Below, one piece after another: positions 39,533 through 48,448 of a stretch of DNA of 64,000 nt. Source of the DNA: Candidatus Multivorans sp. (lineage in GTDB: Bacteria; Acidobacteriota; Thermoanaerobaculia; Multivoradales; Multivoraceae); assembly GCA_965247095.1 (NCBI GenBank), contig OZ251997.1:1536001-1600000 (forward strand), read 5' to 3'. Every line of letters starts with the position of its first letter. Positions within the stretch are counted from its first letter, which is position 1. Made by a program: the position numbers and the translations under genes. The notes beneath the pieces were generated by a model. The model ran no database searches. It was not told where the DNA came from and saw only the letters and a list, made by a program, of their open reading frames with translations.

Positions 39533-41743
39533 ATGATCAGGAGAACCCCACGCGCAGCCTCCCAGGGGCCGGGCGCGCTGATCCTCGGCCTCCTGGCCTG
39601 CGGCTGCGCGGCGCCTTCGGGCGAGGAAGCCGGGTCACCGTCGATTCCGCCGCGGCCGAACATCATTCTCATGATGAGCGACGATCAGGGCTGGGGCGAC
39701 GTCGAGTACGCCCAGCAACGCGCTCCCGGCGATGTCTTTCCGGGCCACAGCGAAGTCAAGACCCCCAACCTGCGCGAGATGGCGGCGGCCGGCCTCCAGT
39801 TTCACCGCATGTACTCGCATGGTTCGAACTGCAGTCCGACCCGGTCGTCGTTCGTCACTGGCCGCTCTCCACGCCGCAACCACATCGACATGGCCTACAA
39901 CGACGGTCTCCGCAATCATGAGTTGACGATTGCCGAACTGGCCCAGACCCAGGGCTACATGACCGGACACTTCGGCAAGTGGCACCTCGGCAACCTCAAC
40001 AGGACACCCGAGGCCGACGCGGACGATCTCGCGCGATGCGGCGGCAGGTGCTTCGGCAGGAGCGGCGGCGACTTCTACTCGGCGCCGTGGCATCACGGCT
40101 ACGAGCGCAGTTGGGCGTCCCCACAGGCGTTACCGACCTTCGAGCCGATGCGCATCGACCCAGCAGGTCCGCTCCCCAGCGAAGGCAATCACATCGGCGC
40201 GCACTACTGGACCGGCCACGAGCAGCACGTCGACATCGACTCCCCCACTCTCGCCGGCGACGCCTCCGCGATCATCGTCAGGGAAACGACTCGATTCATC
40301 GACGACGCCGTTGCCGCCGAGCGCCCCTTCCTCGCCGTCATCTGGTTCCATCCTCCGCACAGCCCCCATCGCCTCGACCAGGCGACCCTCGACGAGTTCT
40401 ACTCGGCCGAGGAGCAGGCCGAGATGAACGACTACGAGGCGCCCTACTACTCCGGCATCACGGCGATGGACAAGGAGATCGGTCGCCTGCGCGCGCACCT
40501 GCGCACTCTCGGCATCGAAGACGACACGCTCGTGACCTTCACCTCCGACAATGGGCTTTCGGGATCGGTGAGACTCGACGATCCGGAGGAGGCGAAGGGC
40601 GGCTTGCGGGGATTCAAGGCCTCCATCTGGGAGGGTGGGGTCCGGGTGCCGGGCATCGTCGAGTGGCCCGGACGGGTCGCTCCCGGAGAGACCGCTACAC
40701 CGATGATCACCAGCGACTACCTGCCGACGCTCCTGGACATCTGGGGACTCGACCTGCCCGACTCGCGGCCGCTCGACGGCGAGTCGATGTCTGAGGTTCT
40801 TTTCGGCGATCGCTCGGCGCCGCGCCGGGGCCGCCTCCGGTTCGACAACTGTGGGGACCCCGTTCCCACCCGCGCCGCGGGCGAGCCCGAAGACTGCGAC
40901 AGCGCCGGCCGGGGCCGCGGCGGCCGAGGATTGAAGAGGGTGGGCGGCGAGCGCTCCATCCTCGACGACCGCCACAAGCTGATCTCCGTTACCAGCGGCC
41001 GGGAATGGGAACTTTACGACCTGCTCGAAGACCCGCGCGAAGAGACCCCGCTCGCCACCAGCGCCGACATCGACTCGAAGCCGCCGGAGATCCAGGCGAT
41101 CTACACCTCTCTCCTGGACGAGATCACCACCTGGTACGAAGTCGAAACGGCAGCCAGCCGCGAGGGCGCCGACTACGACACGCGCATCGCCGGCGCCGAC
41201 AGCGTCGACATTCTCGGCGACGTCGGCGACGAGACCGTTCCCGACGATCTGTCGGCCGCTCGCCGGACCTCCGTCGATCGTCCGGAGCTGGTCGTCGAGC
41301 GGCAATTCGCCACCCTCGACGAGGACCTGGCAGTCGAGAGCGACGGCGCCCCCGCCTCCTACGACGCCGACAACCTGCCGCCGGGTGCGACCGTACCCGC
41401 CGGCACGGTCGTCCACAGCTTCCTGCTGCACTTCGCCCCTACCGCCGCGACCAGCCTCAGCGGCGTCGAGATCGCGTTCGACGACCCCATCCTGGGCGTC
41501 GCCGCCAGCTCGGCGAGCCTCACCGCCAGCGACTTCCTCGCCTTCGCCAACCCCGAGTTCGGCGCCGCGGCCGATCGCGGCGCCCTGGTCGGCGAGTCCG
41601 ACTCCGACGGCTGGGAGATCCTCGCCGACGGGACCACGATCGTCATCGACGTGGACGCCGGCGCCGAAGGCGTGGATCAGTTGCGGATCCTCACCAAAGC
41701 GGCGTTGCAGCCAAGCCCAGTGAACCAGAACGAAGATCATTGA
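39533..41743 (+). CDS. Cys-type sulfatase with extra C-terminal domain, copy 1
   Basis: PNIILMMSDDQG, CSPTR, GKWHLG, SDNG; lipoprotein-like signal. Confidence 0.9.
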   Translation: MIRRTPRAASQGPGALILGLLACGCAAPSGEEAGSPSIPPRPNIILMMSDDQGWGDVEYAQQRAPGDVFPGHSEVKTPNLREMAAAGLQFHRMYSHGSNCSPTRSSFVTGRSPRRNHIDMAYNDGLRNHELTIAELAQTQGYMTGHFGKWHLGNLNRTPEADADDLARCGGRCFGRSGGDFYSAPWHHGYERSWASPQALPTFEPMRIDPAGPLPSEGNHIGAHYWTGHEQHVDIDSPTLAGDASAIIVRETTRFIDDAVAAERPFLAVIWFHPPHSPHRLDQATLDEFYSAEEQAEMNDYEAPYYSGITAMDKEIGRLRAHLRTLGIEDDTLVTFTSDNGLSGSVRLDDPEEAKGGLRGFKASIWEGGVRVPGIVEWPGRVAPGETATPMITSDYLPTLLDIWGLDLPDSRPLDGESMSEVLFGDRSAPRRGRLRFDNCGDPVPTRAAGEPEDCDSAGRGRGGRGLKRVGGERSILDDRHKLISVTSGREWELYDLLEDPREETPLATSADIDSKPPEIQAIYTSLLDEITTWYEVETAASREGADYDTRIAGADSVDILGDVGDETVPDDLSAARRTSVDRPELVVERQFATLDEDLAVESDGAPASYDADNLPPGATVPAGTVVHSFLLHFAPTAATSLSGVEIAFDDPILGVAASSASLTASDFLAFANPEFGAAADRGALVGESDSDGWEILADGTTIVIDVDAGAEGVDQLRILTKAALQPSPVNQNEDH

Positions 41744-43743
41744 TGCGTCCTCACGTTTGCCGGCGCTCCACGGTCCGGCCGGCTCGCCTTGCTCTGGCAC
41801 TGCTGGCAGCCGCCTCGATGGCACCCGAAGCCTTCGCCGAGTCACGTGCGGAAAACGCCGAGTGGCGGCACCATGGCCGCGACCACGCCTTTACCCGCTA
41901 CTCGCCGCTCGACCAGATCGATGCTGCGAACTTCGAGCAGCTCGAGGTGGCCTGGCGCTGGAAGTCGGCCGATCACCACCTGAGGGAGGAGCCGGGAACC
42001 TTCCGCGGGTCGGCGCTCATGATCGGCGGCCGTGTCTACATGGCGACCAACCTCTGGCAGATCGCGGCCCTTGACGCCGCGTCTGGCGAGGAGCTCTGGA
42101 TCTACGATCCCGGGAGCTACGAGCTCCCGCAAGGCTACGGCGCCACTCCCCGAGGCCTCGAGTACTGGACCGACGGCGAAGCGGAGCGCATTCTCTTCAT
42201 TACCAGCGGAAAGCAACTGATTTCGCTGGATCTAGCGACCGGACGCCCCGACCCCGCCTTCGGAGAAGACGGCATCGTCGACCTGTCAGATGACAGGCTG
42301 GGCCGCGAGGAGGTCTTCCAGCGGGACATCAGCGCCGGCTCGCCCGGAATCGTGATTCGAGACACGTTCGTCGTGGGCTCGCGAATCGCCGACGCACCGG
42401 CGACGAAGCAGGGTCTTCCGCCGGGCCACGTACGGGCCTACGACGTGCGTACCGGCGAGCCGAAGTGGCGCTTCCACACCATCCCGCAGGAGGGCGAGGA
42501 GTTCACCGAGACGTGGGAGAACGACTCCTGGAAGTGGATTGGCGGCGCCAACGTCTGGGGAGCGATGGCCGGCGACGAGGAGCTCGGCTACATCTACATC
42601 CCCACCACCACGCCGACCGGCAACCTCTGGGGCGGTCACCGGCCCGGCGACAACGTCTACGCCGAGAGCCTGCTCTGCGTCAACGCCAACACCGGCGAGC
42701 GCGTCTGGCACTTCCAGGCCGTTCATCACGGCATCTGGGACTGGGACATCGCCTCCGCCCCCGTTCTCGCCGACGTCGTGATCGACGGCCGGTTACGGAA
42801 GATCGTCGCCCAGGTGTCCAAGACGGCCTTCGCCTACGTCTTCGACCGGGTCACGGGCGAGCCCATCTGGCCGATCGAAGAGCGTCCGGTGCCGCAGACC
42901 ACGGTGCCCGGGGAGTGGACGGCGCCGACCCAGCCCTTTCCGACCAGACCGGCTGCCTTCGATCTCCAGGGCGTGACGATCGACGATCTCATCGACTTCA
43001 CGCCTGAACTGCGAAAGGAGGCGCTCGAGATTGCCGGGGAGTTCCTCCTGGGACCGATGTTCACGCCTCCTATCGTCCTGGGTGAGGGAGGGAAACAGGC
43101 GACGCTCGCGGTGCCGGGGATGGCGGGTGGAGCGAATCATCCCGGCGCCTCGCTCGATCCCATGACCGGCGTCCTCTACGTCCAGTCGCGAACGCAGCCG
43201 ACCGCGGTGGCGGTCGCGCCGCCGGACCCGGCGCGCAGCGAGTGGAGATGGGTAAGCCGTGGCGGTCGTGTCGGAAGTCCCCAGGGACTGCCGCTCGTCA
43301 AGCCTCCGTATCAGCGCATCACGGCCATCGATCTGGGCACCGGCGAGCATGCCTGGATGGCGCCGTTCGGCGAGGGACCGACCGACCACCCTGCCATCGA
43401 GCATCTCGAACTCGGCCCTCTCGGCAGCCGCCCCTCGAGCGGCAACCGCGAAGGCGGGCTTCTCATCACCAGGACCCTGCTCATCACCTATGTGCCGAAC
43501 TGGCCGAGTTGGGACGCTCGCGCCGCCAAGGGCAGCCACCTCCAGGCCTACGACAAAGCCACCGGCAAGCTCCTGGCGGAGGTGGAGACCGAGGCCACCC
43601 TGCACGGAGTACCGATGACCTACCTGCAGCAGGGCCGCCAGTACATCGTCGTGCCTGCCGGCGGCAAGGTGGTCTCGAGAAGCGCGCGCAGCGGCCCGGA
43701 GACGGCTCAGCTCGTGGCCTTCGCCCTGCCGGCCGCGCGTTGA
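41743..43743 (+). CDS. PQQ-dependent quinoprotein dehydrogenase, copy 2
   Basis: ATG 41743 (TGATG coupling); same motifs as copy 1. Confidence 0.9.
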   Translation: MRPHVCRRSTVRPARLALALLAAASMAPEAFAESRAENAEWRHHGRDHAFTRYSPLDQIDAANFEQLEVAWRWKSADHHLREEPGTFRGSALMIGGRVYMATNLWQIAALDAASGEELWIYDPGSYELPQGYGATPRGLEYWTDGEAERILFITSGKQLISLDLATGRPDPAFGEDGIVDLSDDRLGREEVFQRDISAGSPGIVIRDTFVVGSRIADAPATKQGLPPGHVRAYDVRTGEPKWRFHTIPQEGEEFTETWENDSWKWIGGANVWGAMAGDEELGYIYIPTTTPTGNLWGGHRPGDNVYAESLLCVNANTGERVWHFQAVHHGIWDWDIASAPVLADVVIDGRLRKIVAQVSKTAFAYVFDRVTGEPIWPIEERPVPQTTVPGEWTAPTQPFPTRPAAFDLQGVTIDDLIDFTPELRKEALEIAGEFLLGPMFTPPIVLGEGGKQATLAVPGMAGGANHPGASLDPMTGVLYVQSRTQPTAVAVAPPDPARSEWRWVSRGGRVGSPQGLPLVKPPYQRITAIDLGTGEHAWMAPFGEGPTDHPAIEHLELGPLGSRPSSGNREGGLLITRTLLITYVPNWPSWDARAAKGSHLQAYDKATGKLLAEVETEATLHGVPMTYLQQGRQYIVVPAGGKVVSRSARSGPETAQLVAFALPAAR

Positions 43744-43772
43744 CCAACGCCAGAGAGCCGGAAAGGAGCGAC

Positions 43773-45911
43773 ATGAGTGGCGGACCCGAATCGTTTCGAT
43801 GGGCGATGCTCTCCCTCGGTGTCGCGGCCTGCGGCTGCGCGACACCCGCGCCGGACGAAGCGGCAGCGCCGGCGCCGTCTCCGTCGCGGCCCAACGTCAT
43901 TCTGATGATGAGCGACGACCAGGGATGGGGCGCCGTCGAGTACTCACAGCAACTCGCACCCGGAAACGTCTTTCCGGGCCATCCCGAGATCAAGACGCCC
44001 AGCCTGCGAGCGATGGCCGAGGAAGGGCTCCAGTTTCATCGCATGTATTCGGGCGGCTCGGTGTGCAGCCCGACACGGGCCTCCTTCGTCACCGGCCGGG
44101 CGCCGCGCCGCAACACCGTCGACTGGGCGTACAACGACGGTCTCCGCAACCTCGAGCTGACGCTGGCCGAGCTCGCCAGGACCCAGGGCTACACGACCGG
44201 ACACTTCGGCAAGTGGCACCTTGGCGATCTCACCAGGACGCTGCAGGACAGGAACGGCGGCGAGTTCTACTCGCCGCCCTGGAGCCACGGCTACGACCGC
44301 GTCTGGGCGAGCGAGCAGGCACTGCCGACCTTCGAGCCGATGAAGGTGGATCCCCTGGGACCGCTCCCCAGCGAGGGCAACTTCCACGGCGGCCGCTACT
44401 ACACCGGCCCCGGGGAGCACGTGGATCCCGACTCGCCGGAGCTGCGCGGCGACGCCTCGGCGATCATCATCCGCGAGACGCTGCGGTTCGTCGACGACGC
44501 GGTCGCGGCAGAGCGTCCCTTCCTCGCCGTCGTCTGGCTCCATGCGCCCCATGGCCCGCACCGTCTCAACCAGGCGACGCTCGACGAGTTCTACACGCCG
44601 GAGGAGCAGGCGCAGTGGAACGAGTACGAGGCGCGCTACTACTCCAGCATCACGGCGATGGATAGAGAGATCGGCCGCCTGCGGACGCATCTTCGCGAGC
44701 TCGGCATCGAAAGCGAAACGCTGGTGGCCTTCACGTCCGACAACGGCCAGTCGGGCTCGGTGAGGATGGAGTTCGAGAGCGAGGGCAAGGGTGGCCTGCG
44801 GGGTTCCAAGGGCAACCTCTGGGAAGGCGGAGTCCGGGTGCCGGGCATCGTCGAGTGGCCGGGACGGATCGCCCCGGGCGAAACCTCGACACCGATGACA
44901 ACCAGCGACTACCTGCCGACGCTCCTGGACATCTGGGGAATCGAGCTGCCAGACGCGCGTCCGCTCGACGGTGAGTCGATGACCGAGGTCCTCTTCGGTG
45001 ATCGCTCGGCGCCGCGCAGGGGCCGTATCGAGTGGGAGGACTGTGGAGACCCGACTCCCACACGCGACGACGATGAAGACACCGACTGCGACAGCCGGCG
45101 TACCCAGCTTCTGCAGAGGGTCGGCGGCGAACGGTCGATCATCGACGACCGCTACAAGCTGATCTCCGGAACCAGCGGTAGAGAGTGGGAGCTCTACGAT
45201 CTGATCGAGGACCCGCGCGAAGAGACGCCGGTCGCCACCAGCGCCGATGTCGACTCGAAGCCGCCGGAGATCCAGAGCATCTTCCAGTCGTTGCGGGACG
45301 ACCTCACCACCTGGTTCGAAGTGGAAGCGGCCCGAAGCCGCGACGGCGCCGACTACGACACGCGCATCGCCTCGGCCGACGGCGTTTCGATCCTCGGCGA
45401 CGTCGGCGACGACACGGTCCCCGACGATCTCTCCGCCAGCCGCCGCACGGAGAACGATCGGCCCGAGCTGGTGGTCGAGCGCCAGTTCGTCACCCTCGAG
45501 GAGGATCTGAAAGTCGAAAGCGACGGCACGCCCGCCGCCTACGATGCGAACCACCTGCCGGCAGGAGCGACGATCGCGCGCGGCACGGTGGTCCACAGCT
45601 TCCTCCTGCACTTCGCCCCTGCCGCGACCGCCGGAATCACCGGCGTCGAGATCGAGCTCGACGATCCGATTCTCGGCGTTGTCGCAAGCTCGGCCGGCCT
45701 CGCCGCCAGCGACTTCCTCGCCTTTGCCGACCCCGAATTCGGCGCCTCGGCCGATCGCGGCGCCCTCGTCGGCGAGTCCGACTCAGACGGCTGGAAGGTC
45801 CTCGCCGACGGGACCACGATCGTCATCGACGTCCACGCCGGCGCCGAAGGCGTGGATCAGTTGCGGATCCTCACCAAAGCCGCGCTGCAGCGCACCGAAC
45901 TCGAGGGATAA
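43773..45911 (+). CDS. Cys-type sulfatase with extra C-terminal domain, copy 2
   Basis: ATG 43773 with AAGGAG RBS; CSPTR, GKWHLG; paralog of 39533. Confidence 0.9.
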   Translation: MSGGPESFRWAMLSLGVAACGCATPAPDEAAAPAPSPSRPNVILMMSDDQGWGAVEYSQQLAPGNVFPGHPEIKTPSLRAMAEEGLQFHRMYSGGSVCSPTRASFVTGRAPRRNTVDWAYNDGLRNLELTLAELARTQGYTTGHFGKWHLGDLTRTLQDRNGGEFYSPPWSHGYDRVWASEQALPTFEPMKVDPLGPLPSEGNFHGGRYYTGPGEHVDPDSPELRGDASAIIIRETLRFVDDAVAAERPFLAVVWLHAPHGPHRLNQATLDEFYTPEEQAQWNEYEARYYSSITAMDREIGRLRTHLRELGIESETLVAFTSDNGQSGSVRMEFESEGKGGLRGSKGNLWEGGVRVPGIVEWPGRIAPGETSTPMTTSDYLPTLLDIWGIELPDARPLDGESMTEVLFGDRSAPRRGRIEWEDCGDPTPTRDDDEDTDCDSRRTQLLQRVGGERSIIDDRYKLISGTSGREWELYDLIEDPREETPVATSADVDSKPPEIQSIFQSLRDDLTTWFEVEAARSRDGADYDTRIASADGVSILGDVGDDTVPDDLSASRRTENDRPELVVERQFVTLEEDLKVESDGTPAAYDANHLPAGATIARGTVVHSFLLHFAPAATAGITGVEIELDDPILGVVASSAGLAASDFLAFADPEFGASADRGALVGESDSDGWKVLADGTTIVIDVHAGAEGVDQLRILTKAALQRTELEG

Positions 45912-45921
45912 AGGGAGGACG

Positions 45922-47073
45922 ATGCGGCGACTCATCCCAGAGACTCGTTGGCTGACCAGGGCAGCGGTAGTGCTCGCCGCCAGCATCGTTGCAGCGGCCG
46001 CGCCGGCCAGGGAGAGCGACGTTCCGCGAATGCCCAGCGGCGCGCCGGATCTCTCCGGCACGTACACCATCAACACGCTGACGCCTTTCGTGCGCAATCC
46101 GGAGTACGGCAACGACCCGTACATGAGCACGGACGACGCCAGGAGAATCGAGCAGGCAATGGCCGCAAGGGTCGCCCAACAAGGCATCCCTGGCGACCCG
46201 GATCGTCCTCCGCCTCCGGCCGGCGGCTACGCCGGCGGCAGGGTCACCGGCGGCAATGGGCTCAGCCTTCTCGACATGGGCACGATCGTCTTTACCGTTG
46301 ACGGCAGGTACCGGAACTCGGTCCTCACCGACCCGCCGAACGGTCGCGTGCCGGCGGTCACCGAGGCCGGAAAGAAGCGCCGCCCGGCTTTCACCACTGC
46401 CGATCGCATGGGCCCCCCGAATCCCGACGGCGCCTGGTGGATGGCGGCGGATGAAGTCGCCGGGTCGCGAGGTCGGGGCATCCCGACTACCGATGGGAAA
46501 CACCGGATCTTCGACGATCCGGAGCTGCTCGGCCTCTGGGAGCGCTGCATCTATTACGACCGGGCGACCATCCCTACCCTGCGAAGGGGCTACGGGGCCT
46601 ATTACGGCATCACCCAGACCGCGACCCATGTCGTGATCCTCGCGGAGCTGATGCACGAGGCGCGCATCGTCCGCCTCGACTCGAAGCACCCACCGGAAGA
46701 GGTTCTCTCCTACGCCGGCGACTCGATCGGTTGGTGGGAGGGCGACACCCTGGTCGTCGACACGACGAACTTCCGTCGCCAGGGCGTGGCAAAGGCCGCG
46801 ACCGAACGACGCAAGAACGTCGGAGCTCATTCGGGCGTGTCGCACGAGGGTCTCCACATCGTCGAGCGCTTCACTCCGCAGGAAGACGGCAGCCTGTTCT
46901 ATGAGTTCAGCGTCGACGATCCCGACTACGCGGCGACCTGGGGCGGTTCGTCCCCGTGGCTGCGCACCGACCAGCGCATCTACGAGTACGCCTGTCACGA
47001 AGGCAACTACTCGATGGGAATGACGATGCGCGGGGCGCGGCAACTCGAGAAGGAGTGGTCCAAAGGGCGCTAG
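45922..47073 (+). CDS. Exported hypothetical protein, 'EYACHEGNY' family
   Basis: ATG 45922 with GGAGG RBS; PRMPSGAPDLSG, ERC, GDSIGWWEGDTLVV, EYACHEGNY. Confidence 0.85.
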   Translation: MRRLIPETRWLTRAAVVLAASIVAAAAPARESDVPRMPSGAPDLSGTYTINTLTPFVRNPEYGNDPYMSTDDARRIEQAMAARVAQQGIPGDPDRPPPPAGGYAGGRVTGGNGLSLLDMGTIVFTVDGRYRNSVLTDPPNGRVPAVTEAGKKRRPAFTTADRMGPPNPDGAWWMAADEVAGSRGRGIPTTDGKHRIFDDPELLGLWERCIYYDRATIPTLRRGYGAYYGITQTATHVVILAELMHEARIVRLDSKHPPEEVLSYAGDSIGWWEGDTLVVDTTNFRRQGVAKAATERRKNVGAHSGVSHEGLHIVERFTPQEDGSLFYEFSVDDPDYAATWGGSSPWLRTDQRIYEYACHEGNYSMGMTMRGARQLEKEWSKGR

Positions 47074-47093
47074 CGCGGCAGAACTCCCGGAAG

Positions 47094-47140
47094 CCGGCGC
47101 TTCGCGCCGGATGCGGGCAGGATGCCCGCGTTCCCAGGTC
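47094..47140. repeat. Hairpin plus REP-like repeat between convergent operons
   Basis: CCGGCGC-TTC-GCGCCGG then GCCGGATGCGGGCAGGATGCCCGCGTTCCCAGGTC (33/35 identical to 13454 copy). Confidence 0.75.
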
Positions 47141-47164
47141 AGATCGTTCTGCCGCGCTAGCGCC

Positions 47165-48448
47165 CTACCAGCTCAGCGCGCCGGTGCTCTGGCCGAACGA
47201 CTCGGTTTCCAGCCCCATGTGATTCAGCATGGTGACGTAGAGGTTGGAGAGCGGCGCGTTGTCGTCGTTGTCAAGAGCGACGTAGCGACCGTGCTCGAAG
47301 CCGCCGCCGGCGAGGAAGACCGGGAGGTTGCGGGTGTCGTGAGAGTTCGCGTTGCCGAGGTTGCTGCCGAAGAGGACCGCGGTCTGATCCAGCAGCGTGC
47401 CGTCTCCCTCGCTGCATCCCTTGAGCTGCCCGAGAAGGCTGCCGAAGCACTTGACGATCTCCCTCTCGACCTTCCTCAGTTGCGCGATCTTGTCCGGATC
47501 CTGACCGTGGTGCGAGAGGTTGTGGTGCGTCCCCGAGACGCCCGGAATCTTCGGCACTTCCCGCAGCTCTTGAATCATTACGGCGACGACGCGCGTCGAA
47601 TCGGTCTGCAGAATCAGCGGTATGAGGTCCATCAGCAACTGGACGCGGCCAATGAGGTCGCGGCGTTCCCGGATGTCGACAGGGGGCTCGCGGTCCACCC
47701 GCGGCTTGGGCCGCTCGAGCCAGGCCTGGGCCTCGGTGATGCCTTCTTCGGCCGCGCGCACAGCCTCGAAGTACGAGTCCAGCCGGCCTCGATCGGCGGC
47801 GCTGGCGCGCCGGTCGAGCGCCTTTCTCTGCGACCTCAGGCCGTCGAGGATGCTGCGTCCGTCGCCGAGATCCCGCTTCTGCCGCTCGACCTCGTCGGCA
47901 TCCCCCGTGAGGAACATCCGGGCGAAGAGATTGGCGGGACTGGTCTCTGAAGGCACCATGACGCCCCGCCTCGTGAACGACTGGCTCTGCGTGCCCTTGG
48001 CACTCCTCTGAAGGGTGGTGTCGGTACCCAGCACAAGCGAGGGAAAGCGGGTCACGTAGCCGAGCTCCGCGGCGGCATACTGATCGGCGGAGATACTGTT
48101 GCGAAAGCCGGCGAGCTCCGGGTGGCGAGCCCCGGTCAGCCAGGTGACTTCGCTGCTATGGGCCTGACGGCCGGTCTGGTCGTCGTGGGAGAGCCCCGAG
48201 AACAGGGTGTAGTCGCGCCGATGGTCCCGAAGCAGCTCCAGATACTCGGTTGTTTCGTAGTCCCGACCCGGTGTGGCGGGAAAGAGCGCCGGCGGGTGCA
48301 GGCCGAGTGCGTTGCAGAGGGTCACCATCCGCCGGGGCGCCGGGATCGCCGCTCGGGCCAGGGCCGGGCTCATCGCTTCGAGCAGCGGCAGCGCCAGGGC
48401 GACTCCGCAGGTCCGGAGGAGGGTGCGTCGATCGAGGGGCTGGTTCAT
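47165..48448 (-). CDS. DUF1552-like protein with twin-Arg leader
   Basis: DRRTLLRTCGVALALPLLEAM, HHNLSHHG, LGNANSH..NLP..LAGG; ATG 48448. Confidence 0.88.
   Translation of the reverse strand: MNQPLDRRTLLRTCGVALALPLLEAMSPALARAAIPAPRRMVTLCNALGLHPPALFPATPGRDYETTEYLELLRDHRRDYTLFSGLSHDDQTGRQAHSSEVTWLTGARHPELAGFRNSISADQYAAAELGYVTRFPSLVLGTDTTLQRSAKGTQSQSFTRRGVMVPSETSPANLFARMFLTGDADEVERQKRDLGDGRSILDGLRSQRKALDRRASAADRGRLDSYFEAVRAAEEGITEAQAWLERPKPRVDREPPVDIRERRDLIGRVQLLMDLIPLILQTDSTRVVAVMIQELREVPKIPGVSGTHHNLSHHGQDPDKIAQLRKVEREIVKCFGSLLGQLKGCSEGDGTLLDQTAVLFGSNLGNANSHDTRNLPVFLAGGGFEHGRYVALDNDDNAPLSNLYVTMLNHMGLETESFGQSTGALSW

Noticed and set aside
41005-41742. Long Arg-rich N-terminal extensions on ORFs 41005, 43242, 45544, 37213, 47165-48871, 48445-51375, 23131, 5148
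   Set aside because: They overlap upstream genes or intergenic DNA; later starts with RBS or signal peptides fit better
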